A program made the position numbers and the translations under genes. From the NCBI GenBank assembly GCA_965208905.1, contig OZ242365.1, positions 608,001 to 672,000 of the forward strand: a stretch of DNA of 64,000 nt. The letters are read 5' to 3'. The DNA is from Nitrosopumilaceae archaeon (lineage in GTDB: Archaea; Thermoproteota; Nitrososphaeria; Nitrososphaerales; Nitrosopumilaceae). Within the stretch, counting starts at the first letter, position 1. Each line of letters begins with the position of its first letter. Positions 25,212 through 35,956 of the stretch are shown piece by piece. The notes beneath the pieces were generated by a model, which searched no databases, was not told the DNA's origin, and was given only the letters and a program-made list of their open reading frames with translations.

Positions 25212-25721
25212 TTATAGCGATTGTTTTCTTTTAGACATTATCTGTTTAGCAATAATGAATCCTACAATTCCAGCTATTATGATATAGTTTATTGGTGGTT
25301 GGATAAGTTTGGGTAAAAATCCTATTTCTGGGATTACATAAATGACCTTGCCCAAATACTCATCTTCAGTGATAGGAGAGTCAGTTCCTGGGATTGACGC
25401 AGGGTTGGCATCCCCCTTGGCACGTAGTGTGTATGGATCGTCATTTAAGACAGAAACAATGCGATGTACTATGACCCGGTTATGATCCGAGGGACGATTG
25501 AACACTATAATATCGCCAACGGTCACATCTTCAAATTTTTCATGCTTTGATATAACAAGTAGATCATGTACTTCTAAAACTGGAACCATACTACCACTGG
25601 CCACAACATAAAATGGATTGTTTGTTCCAAATATAATCATCAAACTTATCCAAATTGCTAAAATGACTCCACCTGCAATAGCAGCATCCTTAACTAACTT
25701 GCGGGTAAATATGCTTGCCAA
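25212..25721 (-). CDS. Signal peptidase I (Sec11 type)
   Basis: SGSMVP, IVHRI, KGDAN motifs. Confidence 0.92.
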   Translation of the reverse strand: MASIFTRKLVKDAAIAGGVILAIWISLMIIFGTNNPFYVVASGSMVPVLEVHDLLVISKHEKFEDVTVGDIIVFNRPSDHNRVIVHRIVSVLNDDPYTLRAKGDANPASIPGTDSPITEDEYLGKVIYVIPEIGFLPKLIQPPINYIIIAGIVGFIIAKQIMSKRKQSL

Positions 25722-25751
25722 TATTATAAAAACAGGTTATGCCCAATTAAA

Positions 25752-26699
25752 TTACTTTGCTAAATCTGTTCCACAGGACTCACAAAACTTGGCATCATCG
25801 GAGTTAGAAGTGTTGCATTCTGGACATGTGCCGGGTTCTAATGGTTCAGATGTAGGTTCTAGTTCAGATGTGGTTTTTAGTGTTGGTTCTGCTGTAGAAT
25901 TGTTCAAAATTACAATCTCGCCAACTCTACGCACTTGACTCCAAGGTATTATCTGCCTTGTACCGTCATCTGACTCTACCAGTAATACCAATGACAGGCT
26001 ACCACTCACGCCTACGTCAGCGATAGTGCCTACCTTACAAGCAGAGTCATCATAGACCACCAATCCTTGAATCGGTGATATGCTGATGGGTTCTGGTTCA
26101 AGTGTGGGCTCTGGTGCTGGTTCTGGTTCAAGTGTGGGCTCTGGTGCTGGTTCTGGTTCAAGTGTGGGCTCTGGTGCTGGTTCTGGTTCAAGTGTGGGCT
26201 CTGGTGCTGGTTCTGGTTCAAGTGTGGGCTCTGGTGCTGGTTCTGGTTCAAGTGTGGGCTCTGGTGCTGGTTCTGGTTCAAGTGTGGGCTCTGGTGCTGG
26301 TTCTGGTTCAAGTGTGGGCTCTGGTGCTGGTTCTGGTTCAGTCTTTAAACCTCTAGCCATACCAGCTTCAGCGTTCGGATCAGGTTTTTTAAATTCTCTG
26401 TACTCCGCCAGTGCAGAGTTGCAAATGTGACAGAGATATTGACCCTTTTCAACAAGTATTAGATTATCTGCGACCTGTTCATTGGGGTTCTCATAAACTA
26501 TCTTTGGTGGCTGGATATGTTCTGTATCGCATCGGTTACAATAGTACTTTGTAATTTTCTCAGAATCTAGTCGTCCCATGGGCGCCAAGAACAACTCTGG
26601 ACCACCCAAGTTACCTCGGGATTGTTGCTCGTCAGTCACATTGGCCATGATAAAACCGCCTGAGCCTCTTAACTTTTTAAGACGAAACTCATTCGACAT
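25752..26699 (-). CDS. Zn-finger / PRC-barrel / Zn-ribbon protein with a Pro-Glu linker
   Basis: CNRC..CHIC; [21 protein letters not shown]-like; C-terminal CPEC..CESCG. Confidence 0.8.
   Translation of the reverse strand: MSNEFRLKKLRGSGGFIMANVTDEQQSRGNLGGPELFLAPMGRLDSEKITKYYCNRCDTEHIQPPKIVYENPNEQVADNLILVEKGQYLCHICNSALAEYREFKKPDPNAEAGMARGLKTEPEPAPEPTLEPEPAPEPTLEPEPAPEPTLEPEPAPEPTLEPEPAPEPTLEPEPAPEPTLEPEPAPEPTLEPEPAPEPTLEPEPISISPIQGLVVYDDSACKVGTIADVGVSGSLSLVLLVESDDGTRQIIPWSQVRRVGEIVILNNSTAEPTLKTTSELEPTSEPLEPGTCPECNTSNSDDAKFCESCGTDLAK
26089..26340 (-). repeat. ~8 x 30-bp perfect coding repeat ([10 protein letters not shown])
   Basis: AGTGTGGGCTCTGGTGCTGGTTCTGGTTCA repeated. Confidence 0.93.
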
Positions 26700-27572
26700 A
26701 TACTACGCAAAAGATTACAGAATTTAAGGTTTAGGTTTACTGCTTTGTGATCAAAGCTAAATGATTTCTGTCTAGAGCCCACTATCTGCATCAGTTGAAA
26801 CAAACGAGGATAATTGATGCAAGATGTCTACATTACGACCACTCATCTCTGGAAATGATGGATTTACTAAATTTGTATGCTAACGTTTGGGAATTATATA
26901 CAAAAGTTCACCGAACCACCGCATATAGCTGTTGGTGAGGTGTTCGCCATTCAGTATGGTATGCAGTGATGTTGCTGCGGGCGCCAATCTGGCACTAGTA
27001 ACCAGAGTAGTGTGGTTGCTGAGGTATGTTCTGTCTCGTAAGACCAGTCCAGCTTTCTACGACTTGTCGTATAGTTTCGTGGCGCGTTGCGCGCGTCGAA
27101 CCCACTGTACTATACTATAGCATTTGCTGTGGAATATGTGATATTTTTACATGTGCAACATACAAACCTAAGTTCTCTCTGGGGGCTAATACTGCCACAT
27201 AGACAACAGTGCCAGGGGCATGATAGGATACAAGCAAGAATCGATAAGGTTAATGAAGAGACAACCCAATTGAGATACAATATTGCTGCAGACAGGGAGC
27301 TACTACGTTCCTGTTTGTAAATCAATATTTATTTTAATATTATTTAGATTATTCTGTATTAATTCTATATTGTAGTCATGTTATCTAATGTTTATGCGTG
27401 TTGCAACTGCTTCATCGAATATCTGTTGTAAATCTTCTCTGAACTCTTCACGCTTATCCTCGGCTTGATGGAGTTCCGTATGACTAGTCTCAGGGTGCTC
27501 TAACGAGATGGCAGGTTATGAAACATGTTTTGGGTAGCGAAAAGCAATTAATAAAGTAATATCACAGTATTA

Positions 27573-28127
27573 GTGATGGCTTTTGTTCCCCCTGGAGAAG
27601 TTGATACGTTTAGTTTACTCTTTGAGAAACTTGATGCGCTACTAACAGAATCCCAAGACTACTATGAGTCATTTCTAGACACGAATAACTTGTACAAGAG
27701 TGGCGGTATTAGTGATAAAGAGTTCTTCCAAAAATTAGGCGACTATGTTGTGGCATATTCGGCTCTGGAGTTTTTAGCAGTAAAGGCACTCTTTGAATTG
27801 AAAAAGGCCATTAAATCAGGAGGTGGCGGTACTCAACCCTCGGGTATGATGGGAGGCCCAATGGGGGCAAATCCAATGGGTGGACCTCCAGGAATTATAT
27901 CGGGGGGTAATGTGGTGTCAGCCTTTTCACAGCCTGGTACGCTTCCAGCTCCAACTCCCATTCCAACTGCGCAACCTGCGCCAACTCCTCAACCTGCACC
28001 TGCTGCGCAACCTGCGCCAACTCCTCAGACAGCAACACAGAGTAATAGATGTTCATCTTGTGGTGCGCAATTAAGACAAGGTGCAAAATTCTGCACCTCT
28101 TGTGGAAAAAAAGTCAGTATTGAGTGA
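27573..28127 (+). CDS. Zinc-ribbon domain protein
   Basis: C-terminal CSSCG..AKFCTSCG; Pro/Gly linker. Confidence 0.8.
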   Translation: MMAFVPPGEVDTFSLLFEKLDALLTESQDYYESFLDTNNLYKSGGISDKEFFQKLGDYVVAYSALEFLAVKALFELKKAIKSGGGGTQPSGMMGGPMGANPMGGPPGIISGGNVVSAFSQPGTLPAPTPIPTAQPAPTPQPAPAAQPAPTPQTATQSNRCSSCGAQLRQGAKFCTSCGKKVSIE

Positions 28128-28458
28128 CGCCGCACTGATTACAAAACTTTGCTGTGGCAGATAGCTCTACACCGCATTCTGAACAAAATTTGGTGGTGGG
28201 TTCAACCGTACCAGTAGCCAGAGAGTTTAACACAGCACCACTTGGAACGTATACGTCTTCGATAATCGGCGGTTCAACGACTTCGCGAGTCATATACATC
28301 ATCACTCGGGACACTGACTCGTTCTTATTAGTTGGATCAGTAACGGTGTCACCCAGCCAAAATGCAAATCGATTCAATATTAGCTCGGGTGTAGAGTACG
28401 ACATTGAATTAGATGACATGTAGTCTTGAGCGGCTTTTTTCCCATCAAAAGCTTGCAT
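28114..28458 (-). CDS. Zinc-ribbon domain protein
   Basis: KFCSECG..AKFCNQCG. Confidence 0.8.
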   Translation of the reverse strand: MQAFDGKKAAQDYMSSNSMSYSTPELILNRFAFWLGDTVTDPTNKNESVSRVMMYMTREVVEPPIIEDVYVPSGAVLNSLATGTVEPTTKFCSECGVELSATAKFCNQCGVTQY

Positions 28459-28540
28459 AATAGTACTATAGTGCTAGTTTAAAATTAATGTTTTCAATCT
28501 TTAATGAAATATTATGCTTAGTTTAAAATAATTAGATTAA

Positions 28541-28759
28541 ATGAAACGCGCTCTTTTTAAATTATTGAAAAATACCTGTAATGTGAAATGTAGTATTTCA
28601 GAATGTAGTAACACCGCAGTCAAAACAATAAAAGTGGGCTCAAAAGAGACCAGAAACCTCTGTAAAACTCACCTTGTAATTTACATGAATAGAGAGAGGC
28701 AACATACGCCCATATTTCACAAAGCATCGAATATACCACGTGATTACAAACAAGTTTAA
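28541..28759 (+). CDS. Small Cys/His-containing hypothetical protein
   Basis: CSISEC...LCKTH putative Zn site. Confidence 0.5.
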   Translation: MKRALFKLLKNTCNVKCSISECSNTAVKTIKVGSKETRNLCKTHLVIYMNRERQHTPIFHKASNIPRDYKQV

Positions 28760-28879
28760 CTAATTATATAAACATAATTGAATTTACAGTTGCAGAGTTC
28801 GTATCCAGATACGCCTCAAAGATATGTGGTAATTTAAGCAAGTAATCAGCAGTCTGCTTGGGCCAACATGAATGTCAGA

Positions 28880-29121
28880 CACCCTCAAAGTATAGCCTCA
28901 ATCTACATCTAGTTCAAGAGACTACTGGGCGAGGCACTGCGGGCGGTAAAGCCCGAGTATCTGATGATAGAGATTACTACAAAGATGGCTGTGTATAACA
29001 AAATCCGAGACATCATGCGCAAGACCACGGGGGTGGACAGAACGCCACCCCGCGCGGTCCAGAATCCACATGGCGGCCGGACTATCCAGATTGCGTTAGG
29101 TTACAAATTATGAAACACTGT
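28880..29121 (+). pseudogene. IS5-family transposase C-terminal remnant
   Basis: FKRLLGEALRAVKPEYLMIEITTKMAVYNKIRD after a stop; GC-rich patch. Confidence 0.55.
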
Positions 29122-29161
29122 CAGCAGAACCCTTTAATTTAATACTAGAGCAAGAATTTCT

Positions 29162-29956
29162 GTGAGGTGGTTACTTGTATTGTTGTTATTTATACCTGCA
29201 TTGGCCTTTGCCGAGTCACAGACGACATCAACGGATGGAGGAATATTAGACCTAAGAATTACTTATGATGATATAGAGCCTGGTACAAACAGTATTGTAA
29301 CAATTGAATTCATAAACCCCAACACAGATAAAATTCAACTACATATCGATTATGATATCAATATGACAGTAAATGACACTGTCATTGCTACAACTCCCAT
29401 GATTCACTCCTCAGGGGGCATAGTCCGGGGATTGCAGGTTCCATTTCCTACTGTTGGCGAATACAATCTCAAGATAGGTGTTGAAGGTATATTATTCCAA
29501 CCCATAAAGAGAGAAGTGGCATCCTTCATAATACCAGTGGGTATGGCGGCAGCACAGACCCCTGAGCCTGGAGGGGGGTGTCTGATAGCAACTGCAGCGT
29601 ATGGTTCAGAGCTGGCTCCACAGGTACAAAATTTACGAGAGGTTAGAGACCAGATGGTTCTATCCACCGACTCAGGGAGGTGGTTTGTTTCAATGTTTAA
29701 TCAGGTATACTATATCTTCTCCCCGACAATTGCAGATATGCAGAGGGAGAGTCCAGTCTTAAAGAATACCATATTGTTGTCAATGCAGCCCATGCTAACA
29801 TCATTAGGTGTAATGGAGTATGCAGATTCGGAGCTAAAAGTGTTGGTGTATGGTATTCTTGTGATTATGTTTAACATTGCAACTTATGTGGTGGTACCAA
29901 TTCTAATACTGGTATGGTTGCGATGTCAAGCAAAGCGCCTAGCCATAGCACAATAA
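29162..29956 (+). CDS. Secreted protein with CFI-box-CTERM domain
   Basis: Signal peptide; GGGCLIATAAYGSELAPQVQNLRE; C-terminal TM. Confidence 0.85.
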   Translation: MRWLLVLLLFIPALAFAESQTTSTDGGILDLRITYDDIEPGTNSIVTIEFINPNTDKIQLHIDYDINMTVNDTVIATTPMIHSSGGIVRGLQVPFPTVGEYNLKIGVEGILFQPIKREVASFIIPVGMAAAQTPEPGGGCLIATAAYGSELAPQVQNLREVRDQMVLSTDSGRWFVSMFNQVYYIFSPTIADMQRESPVLKNTILLSMQPMLTSLGVMEYADSELKVLVYGILVIMFNIATYVVVPILILVWLRCQAKRLAIAQ

Positions 29957-30002
29957 GTATACATCACAAAAGGAGCCAAAAAGTGTCATAATTAAAAATG
30001 CG

Positions 30003-30323
30003 TTATGCGCTTAGTACGCGGTCTATCATTGTACGATAAGAGTCCTTGTTGGCAGCGCCTATCTTTTGATCCACAACTTGGCCCTTGTTAAAGAGTATCA
30101 ATGTAGGAATGCTCATTACATTATATTGTGAAGCTAGTTCTCCAGCGTTATCGACGTTCACCTTGACGAACTTTATCTTGTCTTGATAATCAGCCGCCAG
30201 CTCTTCAAGTATGGGAGACACCATTCTACAAGGTCCGCACCATTCTGCCCAAAAGTCCACAAATACTGGCACATTTGAGTCAAGTACCTGTGACTGCCAT
30301 TGGTTTGTTCCGATATTATCCAT
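30003..30323 (-). CDS. trxA: Thioredoxin
   Basis: WCGPC motif. Confidence 0.95.
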   Translation of the reverse strand: MDNIGTNQWQSQVLDSNVPVFVDFWAEWCGPCRMVSPILEELAADYQDKIKFVKVNVDNAGELASQYNVMSIPTLILFNKGQVVDQKIGAANKDSYRTMIDRVLSA

Positions 30324-30744
30324 AAAATAACTGCTTTTATTACTATCTAAAAATGTTCACTGCTAGATGGGCGTGCCCTACAGGTAAATACCCTTAACTC
30401 TGGCGTCTTGCGCTCCGCCCACAGCATCATTATACGGTTTTGTAGTCGAGTCTTTGTAGATACGTTATACATGGCCCAGATGTATCCAATTGTACTACTG
30501 GTTTAGTGCCGCCGGGGGCAACCCTGAAGGTTTTATACTAATGAGTATACCTCCCCCGCTAGATGATACTAATTTGATTTTGTATTACATATGTAATAGA
30601 GGATTGTCATGGATGATTACGTTGTGGGCTAAACTATTGGAAACCTATTTGCAGGTCATGCCAATATGGTTAGATTTGATTTTGTAGTCATAATTCTCAA
30701 AAGTCAAGAGAGACTTTTATTAGTGTGAGTAATTAAATACGGTA

Positions 30745-31623
30745 ATGAATATTATAAACGCTGTATCAGCTTTTGTAATGCTTGGCGCCATAGTAGGTGT
30801 TGCAGCTGCCCCCATGGCATTTGCAGACCACAGTACCGCCACCGTACTAAATCAGGAAGGATCATCTGTACCTGGTTGTGAAGAGACCAATGACTGCTTT
30901 ATACCCAGCACGGTCACCATAGACATAGGTGGGGAAGTAGTCTGGAAGAATGTTGACAACGCAGCCCACACTGTCACCAGTGGTGTACTAGCCGATGGTG
31001 GTCCAGATGGTATATTCGATAGTGGCCTGTTTACTCCAGATGCCGAATTCTCTCACGTATTTGACACACCAGGCGAATATCCATACTTCTGTCTTGTCCA
31101 TCCATGGATGTCAGGTATGGTAGTTGTACAGGAGGCAGCAGCCGATGATCATATGGAGAAAGAACATGACGACATGGATAAAGGTATGGCTATGACACTT
31201 GAGGAAGCATCTGCTATGTCTGTACTATCAGATGGAACTAATGTTATGATTATGGCAACTGAGCCCATGGCTGGTGAACAGATGAGAATAGATGTGGTGT
31301 TCAAAGACAGTGAACATGTAAACTACGATATCGTAGTAATGCAAGGAGACGAAGAGGTCTTGAATGCAATGGGAGCCCACCAACATGAAGGAATGGGTTC
31401 GCATCAGACATCACACCTGCCTACAAGTGACCCGGTAGACATAACAATTACATTCCAAGGATATGGTATAGATGAAATGACAGGTCCGATCAACGAAGAG
31501 ATTGTGTTTGCACAGGTTGTACCTGAATTCGGTACCATCGCAGCGCTGATACTTGCAGTAGCCATTGTATCAGTTGTAGTTGTCTCGACTAAATCAAGAC
31601 TTAGTATAATTCCAAGGTACTAG
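30745..31623 (+). CDS. Blue (type 1) copper protein with PEFG-CTERM anchor
   Basis: HTVTSG, YFCLVHPWM ligands; Met/His-rich second domain; VPEFG + TM. Confidence 0.9.
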   Translation: MNIINAVSAFVMLGAIVGVAAAPMAFADHSTATVLNQEGSSVPGCEETNDCFIPSTVTIDIGGEVVWKNVDNAAHTVTSGVLADGGPDGIFDSGLFTPDAEFSHVFDTPGEYPYFCLVHPWMSGMVVVQEAAADDHMEKEHDDMDKGMAMTLEEASAMSVLSDGTNVMIMATEPMAGEQMRIDVVFKDSEHVNYDIVVMQGDEEVLNAMGAHQHEGMGSHQTSHLPTSDPVDITITFQGYGIDEMTGPINEEIVFAQVVPEFGTIAALILAVAIVSVVVVSTKSRLSIIPRY

Positions 31624-31858
31624 CCGTTTTTTCCTTTTTAGATGACCATACAGTGGGGGAGTCTTTGCTCATTCCAGTGGAGTGGAAATTTTGATGTCTA
31701 GACAAAATAAATTTGAAAAAGGCGCTGGTCGTCTAGCCATGGCGTGTTAATACTGCAATTCATGGTGAATTGTATGCGGGTGCAGATCTAACTTATCGAT
31801 AAAACCTTGTATCTGTCCAAGAACAAAAGACAGAGTCGATTATGAATTTGCCGGCCCA

Positions 31859-32488
31859 CTATACAGAGGGGCGTCTAATTAGCGCCAAAACACTCAAAAC
31901 CACAGCGGCGACTCCCAAAGACAGTCCCAAGACAGCAAAATTATATGATGTAGTGTCAGTTACAGGATCAGAGCCGCTTCGCAACTGCTCAATCTCAGAC
32001 TGCATTGATGTAACGGCGGCCTCTAGAGCTTGTACATTCTGGTCCGAAGATGAATCTCTAGGTGGAAAGTCCAACAGTGCAGTAGATTCGACATCCTCAA
32101 TGGGTACATCAACATTTACCGGTACATCATTTATTACACCTTCTAGTGTTACCGATATTGTACCGGTCTTTGTGGGGATAACATCTGAAAAGTAAAAGCC
32201 TGGACGCTGATCCGAGTTTATCTCCAATACTTTCGTTATGCCGCCATAGTTAGCAGTGGCAGTTAGACTATGAAAGGCATTTATTATGCCGGTTTTAACG
32301 CCAGCACTCTCGCCGGGTTCTGTTACATGAAATACAAATGTATTCCTAACACCGACGACGGGTGGTTCTAGACCCCAACCCACCTCTATATCATATGGTG
32401 GTATGGTCACAGTGGTGTGTGCCCAGGATGATGGAATGGTAAAAGTTACAGCAAGGACACCTATAACCAAGACTCCTATGATATTCAT
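31859..32488 (-). CDS. Secreted membrane-anchored hypothetical protein
   Basis: Signal peptide (SWA-H), C-terminal TM. Confidence 0.75.
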   Translation of the reverse strand: MNIIGVLVIGVLAVTFTIPSSWAHTTVTIPPYDIEVGWGLEPPVVGVRNTFVFHVTEPGESAGVKTGIINAFHSLTATANYGGITKVLEINSDQRPGFYFSDVIPTKTGTISVTLEGVINDVPVNVDVPIEDVESTALLDFPPRDSSSDQNVQALEAAVTSMQSEIEQLRSGSDPVTDTTSYNFAVLGLSLGVAAVVLSVLALIRRPSV

Positions 32489-32496
32489 ATGACAGT

Positions 32497-33093
32497 TCAG
32501 CTTTCTCCCATATTAGTTAATTTCGAGATTGTTAGTTTTAGTGTATCCCATATACTATCATGTACCAACTTTGGCGTCTGTGTACCATCGATTATACGCC
32601 AGCCTTCCTGTTCAGCGTAGATTCTGTATGTATCCACCACATTCTCCATAAATTGTACATCCGTCTCAAATATGTCTCGTGTATGCTTGCGTCTAAACGA
32701 CTCCGAGGCCGATATATCCAACAGTATGACCATATCGGATTTGGGCATATCAAAGTCTAAATCTTTCAGCCATTGTACATCAAGACCATTTGCCATTCCA
32801 TATATCATATTGGACTCATAGTATCTGTTCATTACTATTATTTTGTTTTGATATAGCGCCTGTTGTATATCTGGCAGTCTCTCTCTGCGGTTTTCGGCCA
32901 ATAACGTATGTATCCGTTGAATATCTACGCTCTCTGCTGCAAGACTCTCTTTTATCTTTCTTCCTAGGACGGTTGTATAGTCAGGAAAACTGAACAGCGT
33001 GGCTTCAACTCCAATCTCTAGTAACCTGTCTGTTAGCATCTTTGATTGAACAGTTTTACCCGACTGATCCACACCCTCAATTGTTATAATCAA
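32497..33093 (-). CDS. tmk: Thymidylate kinase
   Basis: IEGVDQSGKT P-loop; MNRY. Confidence 0.92.
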   Translation of the reverse strand: MIITIEGVDQSGKTVQSKMLTDRLLEIGVEATLFSFPDYTTVLGRKIKESLAAESVDIQRIHTLLAENRRERLPDIQQALYQNKIIVMNRYYESNMIYGMANGLDVQWLKDLDFDMPKSDMVILLDISASESFRRKHTRDIFETDVQFMENVVDTYRIYAEQEGWRIIDGTQTPKLVHDSIWDTLKLTISKLTNMGES

Positions 33094-33119
33094 TTATCAT
33101 GATTTTTTTGGTTGTAATT

Positions 33120-35855
33120 TTAATCATTCAGAAGTAGTTGGTCTGCACGACGCTTATCCTGAACGCTCTTTACAAAAAACAGCGCCGAGGCCAGTATGCC
33201 TGCTGCCATCAAGGGGGATGCTATCTCCGTATATAATACAGTAGAAGTTGCGGTGGTTCGAGGAGGTATTTCGGTGGAGGGGGTTGTGGTCGTGGTTATC
33301 TTTGCAAGTTTGTTTGTCTGCGGTTCTACAAACCAGACATTTTGGTTGTTATCAGCAGTCATAAATTGTGTAAATGAGCCATCGGTTGGTATCTGTATAT
33401 GTCTATAGGCTTTTGCATCTGTATCATACATGACCACAACATCTGCAGTATGTTGGGCAACCCAGATGTTGCCATACATATCAAAAGATGTACCGTATGG
33501 CAAGCCACCGTCTACACCTAGTGGTACCCGGGTAAACGCCGATGTATCCATATCAAAACTAACCAAACCAGTACCTTCATGTTCAGATATCCATAGTATG
33601 CCATCCTGATCAAACAACAGATACTCAGGGTTGGCCAATGGTTCTTGCGCAGTAAACACTTCAATCTCGCCAGACTCTGTCTGTATATATCCTATATCCC
33701 CATTACCTCCGGCAGTAAACCAGATGTTGCCCTGCGGCCCCACACTTAAGGCTAATGGAAACGAGCCTGATTCCAGACTAAACGTTTGGAATACATCATT
33801 TTGTGTATCATAGTATAGTATGACATCTTTTGTGGTTACGGCAGTCCATACATTGCCGTTATGATCCACCTGTATGGTGGTTATTACACTCTCAATGTTT
33901 GCTGGTTCTAGTTCGGGTATAGGGATTAATGTAAACTCGCCAGTATTCGGTTGTAGGTAGCCTATCTGTTTGCCAGGCGCATCGGTGAACCATATGTTGT
34001 CATTGTCATCCACAGCCAAAAACAGTGACAGATTACCATCAAATGTAAATGACTCAAACTCATTAGTAGTCAAGTCAAAGCTCCAAAGTCTGGGTGCCGA
34101 GGGGTCGCTTATCCATATCTTATTATCATGATATAGTGGGTAGAGGGGGTTTGCGCTCTGGGGTAAGTCATACTCAGTTATAGTAGCAGTTATTCTGTCT
34201 ATACTAGGCTTGATGGGTAATCTCAGTATGACTGATTCGTTGCCCTCCTGTTCTCTCTGTGACTCTACCTCCACTATCCATGTCCCGGCAAATCCAAATA
34301 CCGCCTCACCAGCATACTCGTCTACGGAGGGCTCCAACTCCATCGAGAGTGGAAATATGTTTCTTGCAGGGTTTGATACTTTGATGTTTATTCCGCTTTG
34401 GCCCTCCACAGGACTGCCATCTAGGTTACTGGTCTTGACGTATATGCCGTTGAGCCCCATGGTATATGGCTCCAACTCTATCTCAAATTTTGTATTCTCT
34501 GTAAATTTAACCGTCCTAAAATAGTCAGAGTCCATCATGGTATCACTCTCAATCTCTCCACTGGGCAGAGTGCCATTTATTAGAACAGCAACCACGCCTA
34601 GCAATACAATACCCAATGCAAACTCAACCCTCAATGTTTGACGCATCTTTTTGAATACCTGTATCTGTCTTCTCTTTACGGCACCGGAGACAGTTAGTTG
34701 TAGGTAACCACCAAGTCCCACCATTATGGATGCCAATACTATCTTGGTTATGATCAATTTGCCGTACAGGGATTCGGTTATTACACCCACATCACTCTCC
34801 AAAAACCACATGAGTGTGGGTCCTGTTATTAGTACTATACCTACCCCCAGGATGAATATTGTAGAGAATCTAGGAACCAAAACGGCCATCATCTTTTCGC
34901 GTCCCTCCTCTTTGGCCCTTAATAGTGATGGGTATAGTATGAAGCAGATGTATCCTAGGCCTCCAATCCATGCAGCCGATACCAAACCATGTATAAAGTC
35001 GAGTATTATTGGAGCCATCTGGCCAGTGGCAGCCCCATGTCCTATCATACTTGATGTCCATAGCAAACCCATGGTTAGTGTCAGTATGACTACATACCAC
35101 CTATTGTTCATACGACGTTCCATGGCAAACCATGCTGCCAAAAGAACTCCAACTATTATCATGCGGGCTACCCAGGTCAAACCAAATGGCGTCAATAGTG
35201 TATCGCCAGAGAATGAGCCTAAACGTATGGTATACACCACCAACATCATTATGGTAGATGCAAATACGGCAATTAGTGATATGCCAATTACCAGCATGAA
35301 TTTGTTATGGTGTGTATTGTCTATCAGATTTAACTGGTTTGATATTGGTCTCTTATCTTGGGTTCTCCAGACTAGTGCAGTGCCAATTATTGCTCCAAGC
35401 AGTATGGTCTGACCCGCCAGACTGAAGAATCTAGTCAAAGCTTCGGGTATAAACACCAGCTCCCGCTCTTCTTGTGGTAGTAGACTGACATCTATGGTCG
35501 AGCTTCCCACGGCAAACAGAAATGTGTCTGGTACTAGATGTCCATCAACAGCAGAGAGTACCTTACTAGATACTGTGTATATGCCATCTGCAAGTGGGGG
35601 TGTGGTTACCACCAGTGTGTGATCATTTATGTAATGTGTAGTATCTCTGTTGTCTATCTGATTACCCTGACCATCATATACCTTTAGTGAGCTGAACTCC
35701 AAAACCACCTCCTCAGAGTATCGTACCCATACCTGAGTAGTGCCCACCTCGGCGTTCTCATCTGCATTGGGCCGTGACTCTTCAGTAAATGGGTGTGCAT
35801 ACGCCATGGGCGCAGCTATAATTAGCAATATAGATACGACATGTAGCATCCTCAT
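33120..35855 (-). CDS. CopC/CopD copper protein fused to a Vgb-like beta-propeller
   Basis: Mature N-terminal His; SAVDGH; multi-TM CopD (GHGAA, H..WIGG); repeated GNIWF blades. Confidence 0.88.
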   Translation of the reverse strand: MRMLHVVSILLIIAAPMAYAHPFTEESRPNADENAEVGTTQVWVRYSEEVVLEFSSLKVYDGQGNQIDNRDTTHYINDHTLVVTTPPLADGIYTVSSKVLSAVDGHLVPDTFLFAVGSSTIDVSLLPQEERELVFIPEALTRFFSLAGQTILLGAIIGTALVWRTQDKRPISNQLNLIDNTHHNKFMLVIGISLIAVFASTIMMLVVYTIRLGSFSGDTLLTPFGLTWVARMIIVGVLLAAWFAMERRMNNRWYVVILTLTMGLLWTSSMIGHGAATGQMAPIILDFIHGLVSAAWIGGLGYICFILYPSLLRAKEEGREKMMAVLVPRFSTIFILGVGIVLITGPTLMWFLESDVGVITESLYGKLIITKIVLASIMVGLGGYLQLTVSGAVKRRQIQVFKKMRQTLRVEFALGIVLLGVVAVLINGTLPSGEIESDTMMDSDYFRTVKFTENTKFEIELEPYTMGLNGIYVKTSNLDGSPVEGQSGINIKVSNPARNIFPLSMELEPSVDEYAGEAVFGFAGTWIVEVESQREQEGNESVILRLPIKPSIDRITATITEYDLPQSANPLYPLYHDNKIWISDPSAPRLWSFDLTTNEFESFTFDGNLSLFLAVDDNDNIWFTDAPGKQIGYLQPNTGEFTLIPIPELEPANIESVITTIQVDHNGNVWTAVTTKDVILYYDTQNDVFQTFSLESGSFPLALSVGPQGNIWFTAGGNGDIGYIQTESGEIEVFTAQEPLANPEYLLFDQDGILWISEHEGTGLVSFDMDTSAFTRVPLGVDGGLPYGTSFDMYGNIWVAQHTADVVVMYDTDAKAYRHIQIPTDGSFTQFMTADNNQNVWFVEPQTNKLAKITTTTTPSTEIPPRTTATSTVLYTEIASPLMAAGILASALFFVKSVQDKRRADQLLLND

Positions 35856-35956
35856 GTATTATAATTGGCAACATGCTCTGTTTAAATCAACAGAAGGTTA
35901 GCGGTTATTTTTGGGAATCACATACAAAAGTTCACAGAACTACCATACTGTTGGCA

